Positions 57,094-64,000 of a stretch of DNA of 64,000 nucleotides are shown piece by piece. Origin of the DNA: an uncultured cyanobacterium. GTDB lineage: Bacteria; Cyanobacteriota; Cyanobacteriia; PCC-9006; JAAUQQ01. The notes beneath the pieces are model-generated. The model was not told where the DNA came from, made no database searches, and saw only the letters and a list, made by a program, of their open reading frames with translations. Positions within the stretch are counted from its first letter, which is position 1; every line of letters begins with the position of its first letter. The DNA is taken from assembly GCA_963718615.1 (NCBI GenBank), contig OY970368.1:1312001-1376000 (forward strand). The letters are read 5' to 3'. Position numbers and translations under genes: made by a program.

Positions 57094-57900
57094 TTAGTTT
57101 CTATCTGGAGACTGCTTAAATCTTTTCTTAATTGCTGATATCAATGCCTTTGTGCTACTAAAAAAACTAATAATATAAATCTCAATTTTCTGTCTGTAAG
57201 ACAAGTCTCTACGATATTTCTTGACAATAGAATCAATCCTATAATGCATATTGCCATTGCGCATATCCTGAAAGGTTTTGGTGCCTTTACAAAGCCGAAA
57301 ATTTCCCCAAACTTCATCAAAGTAGTAGACGTTTGCTTCTTGAATAGCTCTTAGAATGAAATCGAGATCCATAGCAAAATGCTCAGTTTCTAAGTAAACT
57401 CCAACCAAGCCATGAAGGGACTTATGATAGAAATATGCTGATGGGTTACAAGGATAGGGTGTAAGTTTAGGTAGTATTAATAGATCGCGGAGCTTTAATC
57501 TCGATGGTTTGTTGACAACAATAACTTCTCCCGATTCATTGACGATGTTGCAGTTGCCTACGACAAAACTAGGATCTTCTAATCCGTTGAAGATACTATT
57601 AATTCTATTGAGAATATCGGGTTCGTAATAATCATCGACGTTTAAGAAACCAAGAATATTTCCTTTAGATAAGCGAATTCCTTTGTTCATAGCATCTGAT
57701 TGACCTTGGTCTCGCTCTGAAATCCATCGTATATGTGTATTGTGACTAGCATAGCTCGCGATTATCTCAAGAGTTTTATCTGTTGAGCCTCCATCTATAA
57801 AAATATGTTCTAAGTTAGAGCATTTTTGAGCGACTACATTAAGAATGCATTGTTCAACGAAGCGTTCACCGTTATACACTGGGGTAATAATGCTTATCAT
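57094..57900 (-). CDS. Glycosyltransferase family 2 (WcaE-like)
   Basis: ISIITPVYN, IDGGSTD, SERDQGQSDAMNKG, FLNVDD. Confidence 0.92.
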   Translation of the reverse strand: MISIITPVYNGERFVEQCILNVVAQKCSNLEHIFIDGGSTDKTLEIIASYASHNTHIRWISERDQGQSDAMNKGIRLSKGNILGFLNVDDYYEPDILNRINSIFNGLEDPSFVVGNCNIVNESGEVIVVNKPSRLKLRDLLILPKLTPYPCNPSAYFYHKSLHGLVGVYLETEHFAMDLDFILRAIQEANVYYFDEVWGNFRLCKGTKTFQDMRNGNMHYRIDSIVKKYRRDLSYRQKIEIYIISFFSSTKALISAIKKRFKQSPDRN

Positions 57901-58289
57901 GAATTCTTGAAGAGAGTGATATCTTCGCATCGTGGATAAAGATATTGTCAATCAAGTTGATTTAAGAGCTTAATATATTTATTAAAAATGTTTGCTTTTC
58001 CAAAGAGTATAGCCCTACTGCTTAATTGCCAAATATCTACTAATGTTCATATCTTTTATGACTTTAACTTCTCTTTGTATACGTAGAGGCAGTCGATCTG
58101 AAGACTATACGTATGCAATAAATGCCTTATATTCCAGTGTAAATAGACAAAGATTTGCATGAAATCAATAGACTTTCTGTATGAATAGAAACTAGTGACA
58201 TGGCAACGATGGTTTTAGTTTTCAAATACGGATCTGTGCAAGAAGTCTAATATAGACATAGCTTTTATAACTTTCTGTCTAACAGAATG

Positions 58290-59027
58290 TTAGCACTCAA
58301 TAGGCGTAAAAATATAGTTTTCTTTTGAACTAGTAACGCGTATCATGTCTTCTAGTTTTTGGCATTGATAATTGAGGCTATACAGGAGGGATATAACTGC
58401 ATTAAGGTTATGATCTTTGACCTCGACAAGAATTGTAGGACGATAACGATTTAAGGTTTGCATTGCTCCTGTGAGTACTTCGAGCTCATGCCCTTCTACA
58501 TCAATTTTGATTAGTGAAGGTGATGAAATTTTGCAAGAATCAAGCGTACAAACTTGCACATGTTTTTTGATGTGTTCTTGAGTGTCCGGACAATTATTGG
58601 GTCTTAGGCTTGCCCATCCATAAAGATTTAATCCATTTCGTACCGGTATATAAAGAATCGCATTTCCATCTTTTGAGGATAATCCTTTGTGAATGATCTC
58701 AATATTGCCTGGATTATAAGCAGATAAATCATGAGTTAGATCGCTATTGACTTCAAAAGCATAAACTTTGGCAAAATGTTTCGACATTTTGTATGTAAAT
58801 AGTCCTTGATTTGCTCCAACGTCAATTGCCACATCTCCCTGTTTGACAATACTGTCTAAATGTTTCAATTCATTTTCATATTGACCTTCAATGAGATGAA
58901 TATGGTACAAAAAAGGTAGATTTAGTCTTTTGGGAATCAAGGGTAAAAAAAGTTTTCTTATAGTTTTTGAAATAACTATTCGGCAGTAGGAATAGAAGCC
59001 TCTTTTTAAGGAATACGAATCTACCAT
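58290..59027 (-). CDS. FkbM family methyltransferase
   Basis: IDVGANQG, AFE, LIKIDVEGHE. Confidence 0.92.
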   Translation of the reverse strand: MVDSYSLKRGFYSYCRIVISKTIRKLFLPLIPKRLNLPFLYHIHLIEGQYENELKHLDSIVKQGDVAIDVGANQGLFTYKMSKHFAKVYAFEVNSDLTHDLSAYNPGNIEIIHKGLSSKDGNAILYIPVRNGLNLYGWASLRPNNCPDTQEHIKKHVQVCTLDSCKISSPSLIKIDVEGHELEVLTGAMQTLNRYRPTILVEVKDHNLNAVISLLYSLNYQCQKLEDMIRVTSSKENYIFTPIEC

Positions 59028-59074
59028 ATGAATGAATTCTCCTAGGATTAGAGTAAATTAAAATGGATTATTCT

Positions 59075-59164
59075 GGATCTCAGAACTATAGACTACAGCA
59101 ATAAACCTCATAAGCTTTACAAACAGAGGCTTATAGCGCTCTCATATTTATGAGACCCGCTATA
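59075..59164 (-). repeat. 90-bp repeat, copy B (inverted relative to 55969-56058)
   Basis: Reverse complement tatagcgggtctcataaatatgagagcgctataagcctctgtttgtaaagc..gctgtagtctatagttctgagatcc. Confidence 0.85.
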
Positions 59165-59772
59165 TTAAAATGAAAGACAGTGCTTCTTCGTAAATGATAG
59201 AGGGAATCTCATTGAGGTCATTGCTCTCCATTTTTGTCTTTGATTAGATGGTTGTACTCATGTAATGAAACTTCACATTACACAGACAGAGTTTTCCAGC
59301 TTCTGCGACTCTATAAGGGGTTAACAGCCTGTGTGGTTTAAACACATGCTGCATTATTGTGAATGATCGCGTCAAACCCTTTCTTGGTGAGGATTTTAGG
59401 CTTGCCCACAGGTGCTGGTGAGAAATATGAGATAAGCTGTTTGCCTCCACAATGGATGTTCGTTCAAAATCCTGAGTCTGCATGGATATACCCGAGCGTA
59501 TACCTTAAGGTATTTCCTTCTACTCAGGATATAGCTCAATATCAGGAAGAATACTCAACAACATTGTAGCCTTTGCAAAAAAATCGTCAAAACCACATAG
59601 ACGCCAGCGGTATAGGCATGGTCAGACCCTGTCGCCGATGTCCGACGGCGGCTTAGGAAATTGACTGTGAACCATCGCTCCTTGCTCCTAGCAAGTTCAG
59701 TGCTTTTGTACCATCCGCTTTTTGCGGGTGGGTGAGCCAATTTTCGCGGCACGACCCTGGCTGCTTACCGTT

Positions 59773-60459
59773 TTACTCAAGTGCTTCTGGGTCAACGCCA
59801 AGTTCTCGTAACTTGGCAGCAAATCGTTCTTTGGCTTGCTGTTCTTGGTCGGCTCGCTGCCGTTCTTGGTTAGCTCGCTGCCGTTCTTGGTCAGCTTGCT
59901 GAGACAGCTCAACCGTCGTGAAAAAGGCCCGACCGTCGGGGTAATAGACTTGGAGTGTCTCGTCTGTGAGAAGAAACCGAATCCCAAGATTGGGACTGAT
60001 CCAGTCGTTTATTGTATCAATGACGTCTAGATGTCCATCAACGCGCTGTAGACCGCTCAGGTCGTTCCGATCTGGATCGTAGATATAGTATTCTTCGACG
60101 CCGTGGCGATCGTAAAACTGAAGTTTTTTGGTCATTTCCGTGAGCCGATTGCCAGGAGACAGGATCTCGAAGACCACCTGGGGAACAATGTTATCCTCTT
60201 GCCACTGGCGATAGGAGCCTCTGTCTCCTTTCGGACGCCCGAGGGCGACCATGACATCGGGGGCTACGCGGATTTCGGGATGTCCTTCTAGGGGATACCA
60301 CAGTAGGTCTCCGGCTACAAAGACGTTGGGATTATTGGCATACAAACATTCGAGGTTTTCTTTGAGCAAGACAATCCACCGAAACTGCTGAGTATTGTCT
60401 GCCATGGGCTGTCCGTCGCTGTCGGGGTAGAGTATCTCACGGTCTACTGAAAGCACCAT
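59773..60459 (-). CDS. Uma2 family endonuclease
   Basis: YPDSDGQPMADNT.QF, APDVMV, VFEILSP, EEYYIYDP; QERQRA 21-bp repeats at the 3' end. Confidence 0.93.
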   Translation of the reverse strand: MVLSVDREILYPDSDGQPMADNTQQFRWIVLLKENLECLYANNPNVFVAGDLLWYPLEGHPEIRVAPDVMVALGRPKGDRGSYRQWQEDNIVPQVVFEILSPGNRLTEMTKKLQFYDRHGVEEYYIYDPDRNDLSGLQRVDGHLDVIDTINDWISPNLGIRFLLTDETLQVYYPDGRAFFTTVELSQQADQERQRANQERQRADQEQQAKERFAAKLRELGVDPEALE

Positions 60460-60633
60460 GGCCGATATGCTCCTCTTGGGGCTGGGGTGGGGGAATTCCG
60501 AAGGAAGCTTGCTGCACCATCGCTCCCAACATTTTCCCATTTTAACAAGGGGGATTCTGAAGCCCTAGGGAACAGAGGAGCCGTGCTCGCAAACTTGGGC
60601 TCTGAAGAATCAATAAATGTAAGCCTCGCAATC

Positions 60634-60816
60634 CTAGTCTTCCTCAATCCCCAGCTCCCGCAGTTTTTCTGCCCGTTTTTCTGCCCGTTCTCGTTCCCGC
60701 TTAGCCCGAAAATCAGTCTGGTCGGCGCGCTCTTACTCTTGGTCGGCCCGTAGCCGTTCCTGCATCACTTCCTCCGCCAGCTCCACGGTGGTCAGAAACC
60801 GCCTGCCATCAGGTAA
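60634..60816 (-). pseudogene. 3' remnant of a Uma2 family gene
   Basis: LPDGRRFLTTVEL..RADQE*ERADQ..RAEKLRELGIEED* parallels the C-terminus of the adjacent Uma2. Confidence 0.75.
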
Positions 60817-60940
60817 TACACCATTTCCGAGTGGTGATTCTTTCTCAGAATCCCTCATTGAGCGATCGCGATGAGCCGCGATCGCTCTTTTGATGGGTCT
60901 AAACTCCAGCTTTAAGCAACGCCTCTTTTTGTCTTCGGCC

Positions 60941-62116
60941 CTAGACCTTGGCAAAATGCAAGAGCGCCCCTAGACCCGAGCCCAGCTCTTCAGGGGTAAT
61001 CTTACCATCTCGATTTTCGTCGAGTGCGTCAAAGACAGCATCGGTTCCCATCCACTCTTCGCGGGTGATAAACCCATCGCCATCCAGGTCATAGACGTGG
61101 AAAATGTCCTCTGCGGCATGACTGACGGTGGCTTCGCTAGACAGCTTGCTGAGGCGCTGGGCTAACAGGTTTTCCAGATTTTCCAAGGCTTTAGTAAACC
61201 CTTTGATGCCTTCGTCTAGCTTCTCCGAGGCCATGGCGTCCTCGGCGTGCATCCGATCAAACGTGGCCCGATCCATGGAGATTTTTTCGAGCGATGCATT
61301 TACCGCCGCTTTAGGATCTAGTTGACGGGGCAGGTCTGCTTCCGTGCTTTTCAGTTCTGCCAAAAACTGAGGTGAGATCGTGAGCAAATCGCAACCGGCC
61401 AGCTCGGTAATCTCGCCGGTGTTGCGGAAGCTGGCTCCCATCACCTCCGTGGCATAGCCAAACTTCTTGTAGTAGTTGTAGATTTGGGTCACCGACTGCA
61501 CACCAGGATCCTCGGCGGGGGGATAGCTGTCGCGGCCACTTTGCTTTTTGTACCAGTCGAGGATGCGACCGACAAAGGGGGAAATTAGGGTTACTCCGGC
61601 CTCGGCACAGGCGATCGCCTGATGCAACCCAAACAACAACGTCAAGTTGCAGTGAATCCCTTCCTTTTCCAGCACTTCAGCCGCGCGGATGCCTTCCCAG
61701 GTGGAGGCGATCTTGATCAGGATGCGATCGCGAGCAATCCCCGCCGCCTCATACTGGCCGATCAGTTCTCGGGCCTGCTGAATCGTAGCGTCTGTGTCGT
61801 AGGACAGCCGAGCATCGACTTCTGTGGAAACGCGACCGGGAATAATTTCTAAAATCTTGAGGCCAAAGGCAACGGCCAATCGCTGAAACGCGAGTTTGAC
61901 AATGTCGTCTTCCGATGCGTCACTTCCGGCATCGGCTTGAGCTTTCTGGAGCGTATCGTCCACAATGCTGCGGCATTCCGGCATTTGGGCGGCGGCGGTG
62001 ATCAGTGAAGGGTTGGTGGTGGCGTCGTGGGGGGTAAATTTCTCGATCGCCTGGATATCGCCGGTATCCGCCACCACGACGGTCATCTTGCGAAGCTGGT
62101 CTAGCAAATTGGACAT
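60941..62116 (-). CDS. tal: Transaldolase with C-terminal EF-hand pair
   Basis: [46 protein letters not shown]; [12 protein letters not shown] and [12 protein letters not shown]. Confidence 0.97.
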   Translation of the reverse strand: MSNLLDQLRKMTVVVADTGDIQAIEKFTPHDATTNPSLITAAAQMPECRSIVDDTLQKAQADAGSDASEDDIVKLAFQRLAVAFGLKILEIIPGRVSTEVDARLSYDTDATIQQARELIGQYEAAGIARDRILIKIASTWEGIRAAEVLEKEGIHCNLTLLFGLHQAIACAEAGVTLISPFVGRILDWYKKQSGRDSYPPAEDPGVQSVTQIYNYYKKFGYATEVMGASFRNTGEITELAGCDLLTISPQFLAELKSTEADLPRQLDPKAAVNASLEKISMDRATFDRMHAEDAMASEKLDEGIKGFTKALENLENLLAQRLSKLSSEATVSHAAEDIFHVYDLDGDGFITREEWMGTDAVFDALDENRDGKITPEELGSGLGALLHFAKV

Positions 62117-62407
62117 GAGGGCGCTAACTCCTACCGATGTAACGTATGGGGGGTCTATTAAGGATCGTGCCCTGTAAATTTGAGTCTGGGCCACTTCTAG
62201 CAACAAACCGTAAATACTAGACGAGCGAGTCCTGGCTCGAAGTAGGGTTGTAACAACGAAACCTCAAGCGCTGGAAGGCGATCCCCGGATCAAATAAAGC
62301 CCTACCTCAACGAGATAGAGCTTTGAGATTCATGATGTTTGGGGTGATCCCTAACCGCAAATCAATTTGGGGAGTTCAGATTCGTGGTGTTTGGGACTGC
62401 GATCGCC

Positions 62408-62647
62408 CTAGCCATTGCTGGGGAGTACGCGGCTTGCAAACGCATCGGAAACCACAAACCCAGGGACACGATTGTTACTTTCTGTATCTTGAGCGGTCAC
62501 GGTCAGGGCAATGCGCTCAAAGCCTTGAGAATTCCAGTTGCGCTCGTGGATGGGCTTGGTTTGCTCGCCCCGGAAATAGGCTTGGGTGCCCAGGACTGCC
62601 GCTGCGACCCAACCGACGACGATGACTGCGAATAATACGGTGAACAT
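62408..62647 (-). CDS. Small membrane protein, Psb35-related (photosystem II-associated)
   Basis: One TM helix, then GTQAYFRGEQTKPIHERNW; GGAGG RBS. Confidence 0.7.
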   Translation of the reverse strand: MFTVLFAVIVVGWVAAAVLGTQAYFRGEQTKPIHERNWNSQGFERIALTVTAQDTESNNRVPGFVVSDAFASRVLPSNG

Positions 62648-62676
62648 GGAGACCTCCTTGAGGTATCGCTTGCTTT

Positions 62677-62715
62677 CTTGTTAACCAATGTAACGCAATT
62701 GTTTAGAAATGTAAA
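62677..62715 (-). promoter_or_regulatory. Two HLR1-like (RpaB) direct-repeat sites
   Basis: Minus strand TTTACATT-tc-TAAACAAT and GTTACATT-gg-TTAACAAG, versus consensus (G/T)TTACA(T/A)(T/A)-N2 repeats. Confidence 0.5.
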
Positions 62716-62796
62716 TTTTTTAGGTTCGGATCACCGCATCTCTTCCGAAAGGCTTAGTTTTCCATGACTGTCAAACCATAGATTTTGTCAAGATCA

Positions 62797-62823
62797 AGGG
62801 ACAGGACATTGCCCTGTCCCTAC
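62797..62823 (-). repeat. GTAG-type REP-like hairpin
   Basis: Minus strand GT-AGGGACAGG-gcaatgt-CCTGTCCCT. Confidence 0.65.
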
Positions 62824-62860
62824 AGGGTTTATCTCTCAAATCGGCAATGCCCTGGATTCC

Positions 62861-63439
62861 CTATGCTGAGCGTCCTGCGCTCAAAACTTGGGTTGCCGTT
62901 AGGGTCAGGGCTGGAAACAGCGGAGAAGCGATCGCCCCCTCTCCCTCATAAACTTGCTCCTCGTAGAGACCTTCCACCCATTCCAGGACCGTAATTTTCT
63001 GGGCGATCGGATCGACAATCCAGTATTCGGGAATATGTCGCCCCGCATATTCTGTCCGCTTATAGCGATAGTCGCGGTTTTCCTGCTGGGGACTGACCAC
63101 CTCAACGACCAATAAAGGGGGCGGCATCTCGTGGGTGATCAATCGTTGTTTCGCCCCTTCTAGCGCCAGGGCTGTCTCTTCCGAAAGGACAGTGAGATCC
63201 GGTTGTCTGGCATTGACCCGTCTACCGCTAACCGCAATCTGCGCCTTCATACTTAACCGATCAAAAGGAACGCCGAATTGCAAAAAACAGGCATACAAGA
63301 ACGAGGCAATGCGATCGTTTAGGTCACTTTCAGTAGGCATTGGAATTAACTGTCCATCCACAAGCTCATAGCGCGTATCAGTCCCATCCTCATAGCTGAG
63401 GTACTCTTCCAGGGTCATGGGTTGCGTCGCGATCGTCAT
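62861..63439 (-). CDS. Uma2 family endonuclease
   Basis: MTLEEYL..RYELVDG, RQPDL, VVEVVSP, RDYRYKRTEYA..IPEYWIVDP. Confidence 0.93.
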   Translation of the reverse strand: MTIATQPMTLEEYLSYEDGTDTRYELVDGQLIPMPTESDLNDRIASFLYACFLQFGVPFDRLSMKAQIAVSGRRVNARQPDLTVLSEETALALEGAKQRLITHEMPPPLLVVEVVSPQQENRDYRYKRTEYAGRHIPEYWIVDPIAQKITVLEWVEGLYEEQVYEGEGAIASPLFPALTLTATQVLSAGRSA

Positions 63440-63504
63440 GGCAGGTTCTTCCTCGCAGTCCCTCCGCAATGGGTTTATCCTAGCGTTTCCTTGAGCATCC
63501 AGCC

Positions 63505-64000
63505 CTAGAGCACCCGCAAAATACTGGCAATTTCTTCAATGCTGTCTTGCTGTTCCAACTCCGCGATCGCCCCGCGAAACTTCCCTTCTGCTACATCATG
63601 GGTAACCACTGCGATTTCTGCTCGATCATTCTGGCGATTGGTTTGCACAACGGATTCCAAACTCACGCCGTGGTTGCCGAAGCAAGTACCCACATAGCCA
63701 ATCACACCCGGCTGATCTTGGGTCAGGAGCCGGACGTAGAACCGGGTTACCGTGGCTTCGATGGGGGCGATCGCACAATCATGCTGATGGGTGCAGGCCA
63801 AGAGTGGATCGAGCAAGGGCTTGCCTTCGGCGGTTTTGGCATTTCCCCGTTCGACTTGCAGCAAGGCCGCAATATTGAGCATATCGGCCACTACGGCGCT
63901 AGCAGTTGGCCCCGCACCTGCCCCTCGACCAAAGAACATGACCTGTCCCACCGGATCGCCTTCGACCAAAATGGCGTTATAAACATCATTCACACTCGCT
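63505..64000 (-). CDS. hom: Homoserine dehydrogenase, 3' part with ACT domain (5'-partial)
   Basis: VNDVYNAI..FFGRGAGAGPTASAVVAD; FYVRL..DQPGVIG..GVSLESVVQ ACT domain. Confidence 0.93.
   Translation of the reverse strand, partial: ASVNDVYNAILVEGDPVGQVMFFGRGAGAGPTASAVVADMLNIAALLQVERGNAKTAEGKPLLDPLLACTHQHDCAIAPIEATVTRFYVRLLTQDQPGVIGYVGTCFGNHGVSLESVVQTNRQNDRAEIAVVTHDVAEGKFRGAIAELEQQDSIEEIASILRVL

Larger units (their letters stand above)
47047..59164 (-). other. AT-rich polysaccharide/glycan biosynthesis island
   Basis: Eleven co-oriented genes; abrupt drop in GC; no GCGATCGC seen by eye. Confidence 0.85.
1..64000. repeat. HIP1 octamer GCGATCGC, dispersed
   Basis: Dozens of copies outside 47-59 kb, e.g. 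10093, 18733, 20899, 23523, 34772, 41221, 42174. Confidence 0.95.

Noticed and set aside
59250-59570. Possible degraded IS607/serine recombinase (YARV..RQTAYL, RKGL) next to repeat copy B
   Set aside because: Motifs are in different frames with wrong spacing and stops; too weak without an HMM or tBLASTn hit
59825-59900. 21-bp tandem repeats as a possible CRISPR array
   Set aside because: Coding QERQRA coiled-coil repeats of Uma2; no spacers and no cas genes in the window
60941-61110. EF-hands on transaldolase as a novelty
   Set aside because: Known feature of many cyanobacterial transaldolases

Overview
Cyanobacterial chromosomal DNA, judged from frequent HIP1 GCGATCGC octamers, Uma2/XisHI/DUF1830 families and EF-hand transaldolase. 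It has four blocks. (1) 1-20.4 kb: a type 6 BREX anti-phage locus (brxE-brxA-brxB-brxC-pglX-pglZ-brxD-brxHI) ending at the 3' end of tRNA-Gly(CCC), with toxin-antitoxin/nuclease cargo inserted on both sides of pglX. A large G-to-C strand-skew inversion is centred on the AT-rich variable region of pglX. (2) 20.5-46 kb: core and envelope genes (lpxC-fabZ-lpxA-lpxB, mscS, trmH, uvrC). This block also holds a Pho-box-preceded giant phosphatase/5'-nucleotidase/nuclease fusion, a Yfr1-like sRNA candidate and a single-chain ammonium transporter-histidine kinase-receiver-adenylyl cyclase. (3) 47-59.2 kb: an AT-rich, HIP1-poor glycosyltransferase island bracketed by Uma2 genes, with a 90-bp inverted repeat pair around its first three genes. 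(4) 59.8-64 kb: Uma2 genes, tal, a Psb35-related gene and the 3' part of homoserine dehydrogenase. All calls come from motif recognition by eye; no searches were run.
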